Source: Dehalococcoidia bacterium
Lineage (GTDB): Bacteria > Chloroflexota > Dehalococcoidia > Bin125
Reading direction: 5' to 3'
Length of the DNA: 64,000 nucleotides
NCBI GenBank assembly: GCA_963663895.2
Contig: CAXXRD010000002.1
Location: 256,001-320,000, forward strand
The notes below the pieces were generated by a model. It made no database searches. It was not told the DNA's origin and saw only the letters and a list, made by a program, of their open reading frames with translations. A program made the translations under genes and the position numbers. Below, one piece after another: positions 56,400 through 64,000 of this stretch; within the stretch, counting starts at the first letter, position 1, and each line of letters begins with the position of its first letter.

Positions 56400-57191
56400 T
56401 TAGTCGGGAGCCGCGTCGAGATCGGCGCGACCGTATGAGAAGCCGCCGTGGGGCCGGATCACCTCGCCGGTGATATAGGCTGCCTCATCCGAGGCGAGGT
56501 ACGCAGCCAGCGCCCCGACCTCCTCCGGCTTCCCGAACCGGCCCACGGCGATATTCTCAGTCAGCAGCCGATACTCCTCGGCCGGAATCATGTCGCTCAG
56601 CGGCGTGTCAAAATAGCCGGGCGCGATCGCGTTGACCGTCACGCCTTTGGGCGCCACTTCCCGTGCCACCGAACGTATCAGCCCGTTGATCCCGCCCTTC
56701 GCAGCGCCGTAGTGCGCTTCATAGGCGACGCCGGTATCCGCGACGATGGAAGAGACGCAGATGACGCGACCCCAACCCTGCTCCAGCATGTCGGGCAAGG
56801 CGTAGCGCGTCCCCAAGAAGGTGCCGTCCAGATGAATCGCAAGCATCTCTCGCCACTCGGCGAAGGACATCTCGTGCAGGGGCCGGATCTTGGCGATGCC
56901 GGCAACGTTCACCATCACGTCGATCAGGCCCAGCCGCTGCTTCGCCACAGCGAACGCATCCCGCACGCTCTCTTCGCTCGTGACATCCATGGCGAGCGGG
57001 ATGAGCGTCCGACCCGGAAGCCTCTCCCCTATCTCAGAGGCCTTCGCGGCCGCTTTGGCCTCATCGAGATCGGTGAGGACGACAGCGGCGCCCTGCGTCG
57101 CGAGCGCTTCCGCGATCGCGGAACCCAATCCCCCGCCAGCACCGGTTACGAACGCTTTCCGACCGTCGAGTGAGAACATTCCGATCCCCAT
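56400..57191 (-). CDS. SDR family oxidoreductase (FabG-like)
   Basis: TGAGGGLG, NVAGI, HYGAAKGG, VNAIAPG, YITGE. Confidence 0.92.
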   Translation of the reverse strand: MGIGMFSLDGRKAFVTGAGGGLGSAIAEALATQGAAVVLTDLDEAKAAAKASEIGERLPGRTLIPLAMDVTSEESVRDAFAVAKQRLGLIDVMVNVAGIAKIRPLHEMSFAEWREMLAIHLDGTFLGTRYALPDMLEQGWGRVICVSSIVADTGVAYEAHYGAAKGGINGLIRSVAREVAPKGVTVNAIAPGYFDTPLSDMIPAEEYRLLTENIAVGRFGKPEEVGALAAYLASDEAAYITGEVIRPHGGFSYGRADLDAAPD

Positions 57192-57226
57192 GATCCCGTC
57201 ATCCGTTCTGCTGCGAAAGCGTGGCG

Positions 57227-57282
57227 AGACTAGAAGCCGCCTCCCGCCGAGGTCAATAAGTCAAGATGTGGCACCTGTCACA
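57227..57282 (-). promoter_or_regulatory. Possible promoter with CRP/FNR-like box upstream of the SDR gene
   Basis: Minus strand: TGTGA-CAGGTG-CCACA (57267-57282), TTGACC (57251-57256), 18 nt, TAGTCT (57227-57232). Confidence 0.4.
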
Positions 57283-57293
57283 AGCACCATCCG

Positions 57294-58757
57294 TCACCCA
57301 TCAAGACGGAGAAACCGGCCTGGTCGTGCGGGAAGCTGCGCCCCGTCCCGCAGCACGATCGATCCATTCACGACGACATGCACGATTCCCGCCGGATATC
57401 GCCGCGGCTCTTCGTAGGTCGCGCGGTCATCCACGGTTTCCGGCTCGAAGCAAACGATGTCGGCCGCCCACCCTCGCCGCAACTGCCCCCGGCGCGCGAG
57501 CTTGAACTTGCGCGCCGGCAAGGCCGTCATGCGTCGAACCGCCTCCTCGATCGGAAAGAGCCGCTGATCGCGCGCATAGCGGCCCAGCACCCGCGCGAAC
57601 GTGCCGTAAAGACGAGGGTGCGGCTTGCCCGCGCCGGGGATCCCGTCGGATCCGATCATCGCCCGTTCATGCGAGAGCGCGCTGCGCACGTCATCTTCAT
57701 CCATTCCGTGCCGGATCACGATCGTCCCGGAGTCGGCTTCGACGATCCGCCGCGCCGTCTCCGCAGCGGACAGATCCCATAAGGACGCGAGGGCGGCCAG
57801 CGACTCCCCCTCCAGGCCAGCCCCGGCCTTGGTAGAGGCGATCGTGATCCCCGCCGCATCCGCACCATCCTCGATTCCCTGAGCCGCGACCGCGCCCAGA
57901 ATGGTGCTGGAGGCCGCGTAGGGATAGACATCCGCCGTGACATCGATTCCGGCGCGCACCGCCCGATCGATCGCGGCGATCGAGCGGTCGATCTTGCCCC
58001 AGTTGCGCCGTCCCATCGCCTTGTGATGCGAGATCTGTACGGGACAGCCCGCTTCGCGGCCGATCTGGATCGCCTCGTCGACCGCCTCCAACAGGTGGTC
58101 TCCCTCATCGCGGAGATGGCTGGCGTAGAGCCCTCCGGTCGTGGCGGCGGCGCGCGCCAGCTCGACCAGCTCCGCCGTCGACGCGTGGACGGCGGGCTCA
58201 TAGGTCAGGCCGGATGAAAGCCCCAGGGCCCCAGCGTTCATGCCAGCCTCGACCAGAGCGGACATCTCCGCGAGCTCGTCGGACCCCGGCGGCCGCGCCG
58301 CCGTGCCCATCACCGCCAACCGCACGGCCCCGTGTCCGATCAGCACGCCCACGTTGCAGGCCGGCGCAGCGTCCGTGAGCCGCCGAAAGTAACTCGCGAA
58401 GTCGGTCCACTCCATCTCCATCGCGAGCGGGCCGAACAGCGCGGGCGCATGGGCATCATTCGCGGGTGAGCGGGGGACCAAGGCCCAGCCGCAGTTACCG
58501 ATGATGTCCGTGGTCACGCCCTGGCGGAGCTTGAACGGCAGCTCCGGCTCTTCGATCAGGGCGCGATCATCGTGGCTGTGCACATCGATGAACCCCGGTG
58601 CCACGATCAGTCCCCGCACGTCGAGTTCGGCGCGCCCGCGGTCGCGGATCGCGCCGACGGCCGCAATGGTTTCGTCTGCGATCGCCACATCAGCCGGTCG
58701 CGGTGGAGAACCGGATCCGTCGACGAGCAGGCCGTTGCGGATCACCAAGTCGTACAC
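57294..58757 (-). CDS. N-acyl-D-amino-acid deacylase (D-aminoacylase) family
   Basis: DLVIRNG..DGSG, PGFIDVHSHDD, GVTT..GNCG, YASHLRDE, QISHHK, DVYPY, HPRLYGTF. Confidence 0.9.
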   Translation of the reverse strand: MYDLVIRNGLLVDGSGSPPRPADVAIADETIAAVGAIRDRGRAELDVRGLIVAPGFIDVHSHDDRALIEEPELPFKLRQGVTTDIIGNCGWALVPRSPANDAHAPALFGPLAMEMEWTDFASYFRRLTDAAPACNVGVLIGHGAVRLAVMGTAARPPGSDELAEMSALVEAGMNAGALGLSSGLTYEPAVHASTAELVELARAAATTGGLYASHLRDEGDHLLEAVDEAIQIGREAGCPVQISHHKAMGRRNWGKIDRSIAAIDRAVRAGIDVTADVYPYAASSTILGAVAAQGIEDGADAAGITIASTKAGAGLEGESLAALASLWDLSAAETARRIVEADSGTIVIRHGMDEDDVRSALSHERAMIGSDGIPGAGKPHPRLYGTFARVLGRYARDQRLFPIEEAVRRMTALPARKFKLARRGQLRRGWAADIVCFEPETVDDRATYEEPRRYPAGIVHVVVNGSIVLRDGAQLPARPGRFLRLDG

Positions 58758-58764
58758 CGGCAGA

Positions 58765-60003
58765 TCAACCGAGCGCGCCCGACGCGCGCAGCTCGCCCAA
58801 GCGAGCGCGATCGTAGGCCAGCCACTCGCCGAGCACTTCGTCCGTGTGTTCGCCAAGGAGAGGCGCCGGCCGTGAGCGGACAGCGGGCGGCGGGTCGAGC
58901 TTGAGCGGTGATCCCGTGGTGCGATACGGGCCCAACTCGGGATGCTCCATCTCCAAGATCATGTCCATGGCTTCTGTTTGGGAATCGGTGAACGCCTGGG
59001 GAACGGTGTTCACGGGCCCGGCCGGCACACCGTGCGCCTGCAAAAGCCCCACCCATTCCGCGACGGTTTTCGTCCGGAACAGCTCCTGCAAGAGGGGAAT
59101 TAGCTCATCGCGGTGCGCCTGCCGCCCGGCGTTCGTCGCGAACTTCGGATCGGAAGCGAGATCGGGACGGTCGAGAATCTCGCAAACAACGCGGTAATGC
59201 CCGTCGCTGCCGACGCCGAGGGCGAGCGGGCCGTCGGCGGCCGGGAACGTCTGGTAGGGGACGCTATTGGGGTGCGCATTGCCGAAACGCCTCGGCTCAA
59301 TGCCGCCCAGCAGCCAGTTGGCGGCGACGTTGGCCAGCGAGGCGATCCCCGCTTCCCAGAGCGACGTGTCCACGTGCCGGGCGCCGCCGCGCGCGTCCCG
59401 CTCCTGCAGCGACGCGAGCACGCCGATACACGAGTAGAGGGCGGTGAAAATATCGACGATCGCAACACCCACTTTCGTGGGCTCGCCGTCGGGCCGACCG
59501 GTAATGCTCATCCAGCCCGTCATCGCCTGCAGAACGAAGTCGAAGGCGAGCCAGTCGCGTTTGGGCCCGCGAGTACCGAAGCCAGTGATCCGGGAATGCA
59601 CGAGCCGTGGGTTGAGGCGGCTCAGATCCTCGCGGCCCAATCCCCACCGCTCCATCGTGCCCAGCTTGAAATTCTCGAGCAGCACATCCGCGTGGGCGCA
59701 CAGGTCGCGGAAGACCGCGCGGCCCTCGGGTTCCGCGAGATCCAAGCCGACACCGCGCTTGTTGCGGTTCGCCCACACGAAGTATCCGGCCTCCGATCCC
59801 AGGAAGGGAGGCCCCCACCGTCTGGTCTCGTCCCCGCGCGGATGCTCCACTTTGATGACGTCCGCGCCGAGGTCTCCCAGAATCACCCCGCAAAGGGGAC
59901 CTGCCAGGATGCGGGAAGCGTCGATCACGCGTATCCCCTGGAGGGGCGCGCCGGCGTCGGCGGGCGCAGATCGTTCTGAGTCGTGGTTCGGCCCCACCGG
60001 CAT
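58765..60003 (-). CDS. CoA-transferase family III (CaiB/BaiF)
   Basis: PLQGIRVID..RILAGP, LGDLGADVIKVE, ANRNKR, ENFK.G, ITGFG, APLLGEHT. Confidence 0.93.
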   Translation of the reverse strand: MPVGPNHDSERSAPADAGAPLQGIRVIDASRILAGPLCGVILGDLGADVIKVEHPRGDETRRWGPPFLGSEAGYFVWANRNKRGVGLDLAEPEGRAVFRDLCAHADVLLENFKLGTMERWGLGREDLSRLNPRLVHSRITGFGTRGPKRDWLAFDFVLQAMTGWMSITGRPDGEPTKVGVAIVDIFTALYSCIGVLASLQERDARGGARHVDTSLWEAGIASLANVAANWLLGGIEPRRFGNAHPNSVPYQTFPAADGPLALGVGSDGHYRVVCEILDRPDLASDPKFATNAGRQAHRDELIPLLQELFRTKTVAEWVGLLQAHGVPAGPVNTVPQAFTDSQTEAMDMILEMEHPELGPYRTTGSPLKLDPPPAVRSRPAPLLGEHTDEVLGEWLAYDRARLGELRASGALG

Positions 60004-60145
60004 CTCCGTCCCTTTTATCCTCGGCGACACAGAGTGTGCCACACCAGAAGCCTACGCCTATCAGGGGCGCTGTCGCCTGATTGAGCGAGGGGCCACCAGC
60101 ACCCAACGTCACAGGCTTCGTCCGTACATAGAAACACCTGCCACC

Positions 60146-60174
60146 TTGACAGGGCTCAGCCCCGCAGGAATACT
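60146..60174 (+). promoter_or_regulatory. Possible sigma70-type promoter of the aap operon
   Basis: TTGACA-17 nt-AATACT in the divergent intergenic region. Confidence 0.45.
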
Positions 60175-60234
60175 TTCCTCCACGCGACTTCATCTGCTTG
60201 GATCGAAGAACTCAGCTGTTAAGGATTTTTTGTT

Positions 60235-61356
60235 ATGGAAAGATTGCTCTTGTGGAAACACGGTTCAGCGCTGCGCATCGGCGTCGGCGTGATGCTGCTG
60301 GCGCTGCTCGGTGCGCTCGCGCTCGCGGCTTGCTCCAGCGGCGACGAGCAGGATTCTGTGGCCGGCCGCGGGAACACCGTTCAGGAGGTCAAAGATCGCG
60401 GCCTGTTGCGGTGCGGCGTCAAGCAAACTCAGCCGCTCTTCGGCTTCCGAGAGCCCGACGGAACGGTCGCGGGCTTTGATGTGGAATTCTGCAAGGCGAT
60501 CCAGGCCGCACTGGGCGACGGCGTTGGGCTTGAGCTGGTCGATGCCTCCGACGCCTCGACTCGCTTCGAGTTGCTCAACGACGGCGAGATCGACGTGCTG
60601 ATCCGCACGACGACGATTACCGCCTCGCGTGACCGTGAACTGGGCGTCGACTTCGCCCAGACCACCTTCTACACAGGCCAGGGGTTCGCGGTCCACGCGG
60701 ATTCGGGCATCAATTCAACGTCCGACATGGGCGGCAGGACGATCTGCGTCCAGTCCGGTACGACCACGGAGCAGAACCTAGCGGACCACTTCACTGATCT
60801 GGGGCTTGATTTCACGCCGCTCGGCGGTGGCGATCAGGAGACGCAGGATGCGTTCGTCGCCGGCCGCTGTGACGTCTGGACGGCCGACCAGAGCAACCTC
60901 GCTTCGCGGATCGGAGTCTTGGACAACGCCAGCGACTTCGTGATCCTCGGGCAGTTGATCTCCAAGGAGCCGCTGGCTCCCGGCGTGCGGGACTACGACA
61001 GTGAGTGGAAGGACGTCGTCAACTGGGTCGTCCACGGCCTGATCGCGGCGGAAGAGCTGGACATCACCCGGAGCAACGTGGCATCCATGGCGGCGAACCC
61101 GCCCAACACGACGATCGCACGGTTGCTCGGCGTCTCGTTCGAAGGCGGCGAAGTGAGCACGCTCGGTTTCGACTCCGTGAACGCGCAGTTCATCCAGCGC
61201 GCCATCGCGGCTGTGGGGAACTACGGTGAGATCTACGCGAACACCGTCGGCGACGCCGTCCCGCGCCCCTGCTCGCTGAACGCCCTCGCGTCCGAAGACA
61301 AGAGCAACTGCCCGCCGGGGACAGGCGGCATTCAGTACGCGCTGCCGTACCGCTAA
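60235..61356 (+). CDS. aapJ: General L-amino-acid ABC transporter substrate-binding lipoprotein
   Basis: VKDRGLLRCGV, GFDVEFCKA, TTITASRD, ICVQSGTTTE, ISKEPL, AVGNYGEIY, QYALPYR. Confidence 0.85.
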   Translation: MERLLLWKHGSALRIGVGVMLLALLGALALAACSSGDEQDSVAGRGNTVQEVKDRGLLRCGVKQTQPLFGFREPDGTVAGFDVEFCKAIQAALGDGVGLELVDASDASTRFELLNDGEIDVLIRTTTITASRDRELGVDFAQTTFYTGQGFAVHADSGINSTSDMGGRTICVQSGTTTEQNLADHFTDLGLDFTPLGGGDQETQDAFVAGRCDVWTADQSNLASRIGVLDNASDFVILGQLISKEPLAPGVRDYDSEWKDVVNWVVHGLIAAEELDITRSNVASMAANPPNTTIARLLGVSFEGGEVSTLGFDSVNAQFIQRAIAAVGNYGEIYANTVGDAVPRPCSLNALASEDKSNCPPGTGGIQYALPYR

Positions 61357-61392
61357 CCGAGCGCGGCATCAGCCGCACCGCAGTAAGCGCAT

Positions 61393-61438
61393 CGCAGGGG
61401 CCGTTCCCGTAGTCTGGGAACGGCCCCTGCGGCGTTTT
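61393..61438 (+). terminator. Intrinsic terminator-like hairpin after aapJ
   Basis: Perfect 16-bp stem cgcaggggccgttccc / gggaacggcccctgcg, 7-nt loop, then gcgtttt. Confidence 0.7.
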
Positions 61439-61498
61439 CCCGTACCCCCAGCATTGAGTTACGTTACTCGTCACTACCCGAGGGGCTAGTCTCTCCAC

Positions 61499-62701
61499 AT
61501 GTCGCAGCGCCCGGCGCCCGAACTCGCCGCTCCCGCACGGATCCCTCTCTTCTACCAGCGCGGGTTCCGCAACGTGCTCACACAGGGGATCTACGTCGCC
61601 CTCACCGCGATCGTGCTCGCCTACGTCATCGCCTCGCTTGACCTGCGCGAGTTTGGCTTTGGATTCCTCGGCGAGCCGGCCGGGTTCAAGGTTGGCAACC
61701 AGTGGCTGGTCGACGTCGACGGCGTCACCAACTCGCGGATCACGATGTATCTGGTCGGCGTGTGGTCGACCCTGCGCGCCGTGCTGGTCGCCATTCTGCT
61801 GGCGACCCTGGTTGGCGTCGTGATCGGGGTTGCGCGGCTGTCCTCCAACTGGCTGGTGGCCCGAATGGCCATGCTGTTCGTCGAGATCTTTCGCAATACC
61901 CCGCTGCTGGTCCAGATCGTGATCTGGTACGCGATCCTGCTGGTCGGCGCACCGGTGATCCAGAACGTCCTCAATGTCGGTGACTTCCTCTTCCTCTCCA
62001 ACCGCGGCATCGCGATTCCGTGGCCGGTGCCGTCGGGCGGATTGTGGGGAACGCCTGACTGGTTCGTCGGCATCTGGGTGCTTGCTCTGATCGCCGTGGG
62101 CGCGGTGGCAATGCGCATTCGAGCCAAGCGGCAGGAGCACGAACGCGAGACCGGCCAAATCCTCTTCGCCAACCGCTGGGCGCTGGGCGTGTTCGCCGCT
62201 GGCGCCTTGATTTCGTTCCTGATCCTCGGCGTGCCCGTGAGTATCGATCGGCCAGTGATCGAAGGCACCTCCTATGCCGAGGGCATGCTTGTTCAGCCCG
62301 AATTCGCGGCACTCGTGCTGGGGTTGACGATGTACACCGGCGCATTCATCGCGGAGATCGTGCGCGGCAGCATTCAGGCGCTGCCCAAGGGTCAGACGGA
62401 AGCCGCGAACGCGGTCGGCCTGACCGGGTATCAGCGGCTGACGCTGGTGATCCTGCCACAGGCGCTGCGCCAGATGATTCCATCGGTGACCAACCAGTTT
62501 CTCAACGTGAACAAGAACTCGTCCCTGGCGTACGCCGTGCTGTTCGACGATCTGTTCCGGGTGGCGACGATCGTCCAGAACAAGGCCGGGCATGCGCTGG
62601 AGATGTTCTTCGTGATCATCATCACCTACATGCTGATCTCCTTCGCGATCTCGGCCGTGATGAACGTGCTCAACGCTCGCGTAACGGCGCATCGGATCTA
62701 G
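61499..62701 (+). CDS. aapQ: General L-amino-acid ABC transporter permease
   Basis: GFGFL..PAGF, ARLSSNWL, EIFRNTPLLVQ, LSNRG, FIAEIVRGSIQA..KGQ.EAA, PQALR, KNSSLA. Confidence 0.88.
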   Translation: MSQRPAPELAAPARIPLFYQRGFRNVLTQGIYVALTAIVLAYVIASLDLREFGFGFLGEPAGFKVGNQWLVDVDGVTNSRITMYLVGVWSTLRAVLVAILLATLVGVVIGVARLSSNWLVARMAMLFVEIFRNTPLLVQIVIWYAILLVGAPVIQNVLNVGDFLFLSNRGIAIPWPVPSGGLWGTPDWFVGIWVLALIAVGAVAMRIRAKRQEHERETGQILFANRWALGVFAAGALISFLILGVPVSIDRPVIEGTSYAEGMLVQPEFAALVLGLTMYTGAFIAEIVRGSIQALPKGQTEAANAVGLTGYQRLTLVILPQALRQMIPSVTNQFLNVNKNSSLAYAVLFDDLFRVATIVQNKAGHALEMFFVIIITYMLISFAISAVMNVLNARVTAHRI

Positions 62702-62713
62702 GGGGCGGCGCCT

Positions 62714-64000
62714 ATGACTCAGCAGTTGCCCGTCCCGCAACCACAGCGGATCGTGCTGCCGCCATATCGCCAGCGGGCGCGCCGTCCACGCGCCGTCCGC
62801 GCCCGTGAGTGGATCCACCGCAACCTGTTCCCGTCCACAGCGGGCACCGCGCTCACCATCGTCACCGTCACCTTCATCGCCGCGATCACGGTCGGCATCG
62901 TCTGGTTCGTCTTCTTCGACGCGAACTGGCGAGTCATCACGGACAACCGCTGGCTGCTCTTCGCCGGCAGCTTCCCTCACAACCAGGAATGGCGCTTGTG
63001 GGCTGCCATGGGGTTCGTTTTCGCCCTGATCGGCATGTCCTACGGCATGTGGTCCAGCCTCGGACGCAAAGACCACCTCTTCATCGTCCTGACCGGCATC
63101 GCCGTTGTTCTCTTCATGGGCCACGGCGGGGCCGCCTTCTGGTCCTCGCTCTGGTTCTTGCTCAGCATCGCCCTGCTCTTCCTGGGCTACGTCATCGCCC
63201 GCACCATCGGCCACGACCGCGCCCGCCAACGCTCGCTCTTGACCCGAGCCATCCTCCTGCGCTTCGCGTTCGACGACGCGTTCTCACTACGCGGCGGGTT
63301 CGACAAAACCGTCCCAATCCAGGCTCGTGCTCGCGCCGTCCGCGTAGCCGTCTTCCCCACCCGCACCGGCGCCAACCAGATCGTCGGCGGCCTCTTGATC
63401 CTCGCCCTCCCACTCGTGCTCGTCATCCTCATGGCCGGAGGCGGTGCAAGCACGCGCGAGTTAGACGGCTTCGTACTCAATCTCATCCTCGCTCCCGTCG
63501 GCATCGTCGGCGGCCTCGTCATCGCGATCCCGCTGGCAATTGGCCGCGCCTCCAAGCTGCGCGCGATCAAATGGACCTGCACCGCCTACATCGAGATCGT
63601 TCGTGGCGCCCCGCTGCTCGGCTGGCTCTTCGTCGCCCTCTTCATCCTCGACGACATCATCGGCGGTGACTTGATCATCCGCACCATGGTCGTACTCGCC
63701 GTCTTCACCGCCGCCTACATGGCCGAGTACATCCGCGGCGCCCTGCAAACACTCCCACAAGGCCAGTACGAGGCCGCCCAAGCCGTCGGACTAAGCCGCG
63801 CGCAGTCCCTGCGCATGATCATCATGCCGCAGGCGCTCCGAATCTCCATTCCGCCCATCGTGGGACAGGCGATTGCGATCTGGAAGGACACCACCCTGGT
63901 GACCGTCATCCTCCCCCTCCGCGAACTCAAGGGAAACGCCGACAGCGCCATCGCCCAATCCGAATTCATTCCCGACCGCATTGAGGCCTACCTCTTCGTC
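62714..64000 (+). CDS. aapM: General L-amino-acid ABC transporter permease, truncated by window end
   Basis: Manually read open frame (absent from the ORF track because it has no stop): EWIHRNLF, YIEIVRGAPLL, AYMAEYIRGALQ..GQYEAA, PQALRISIP, KDTTLV. Confidence 0.85.
   Translation, partial: MTQQLPVPQPQRIVLPPYRQRARRPRAVRAREWIHRNLFPSTAGTALTIVTVTFIAAITVGIVWFVFFDANWRVITDNRWLLFAGSFPHNQEWRLWAAMGFVFALIGMSYGMWSSLGRKDHLFIVLTGIAVVLFMGHGGAAFWSSLWFLLSIALLFLGYVIARTIGHDRARQRSLLTRAILLRFAFDDAFSLRGGFDKTVPIQARARAVRVAVFPTRTGANQIVGGLLILALPLVLVILMAGGGASTRELDGFVLNLILAPVGIVGGLVIAIPLAIGRASKLRAIKWTCTAYIEIVRGAPLLGWLFVALFILDDIIGGDLIIRTMVVLAVFTAAYMAEYIRGALQTLPQGQYEAAQAVGLSRAQSLRMIIMPQALRISIPPIVGQAIAIWKDTTLVTVILPLRELKGNADSAIAQSEFIPDRIEAYLFV

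Overview
High-GC bacterial window. Many lipobox-anchored binding proteins, LLM, Mo-hydroxylase, CoA-transferase and amidohydrolase paralogs suggest Chloroflexota (Dehalococcoidia/SAR202-like) or Acidimicrobiia, possibly host-associated; this taxonomy is inference only. The left ~26 kb is a mosaic accessory region. It holds orphan ABC binding proteins, two secreted Fn3-like+Cache proteins sharing a near-identical N-terminal module with a 79-bp rearrangement scar between them, a CotH-kinase/lamin-tail lipoprotein and a SulP transporter. It also holds three tRNA 3'-end fragments (2x Gly-CCC, 1x Ala-type) that look like att scars, an orphan GrdB/PrdB-like selenoprotein (in-frame UGA in UxxC plus a SECIS-like hairpin), an ERG4/ERG24-type sterol reductase, and a DUF5131 + low-GC TcmP pair behind a LexA-like box. 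The right part is metabolic: an XDH-family M-S-L-MoaD operon, then a ~24-kb co-oriented catabolic cluster (DUF35/thiolase, LLM, amidohydrolases, two CoA ligases, an acetophenone-carboxylase-like five-gene block, CoxG-M-S-L, BMP-type ABC importer). Four +1 frameshifts fall in one CoA ligase and two carboxylase-block genes. The window ends with GNAT, SDR, D-aminoacylase, CoA-transferase and an Aap-type amino-acid ABC transporter. No CRISPR, rRNA, intact tRNA, integrase or transposase was recognised.
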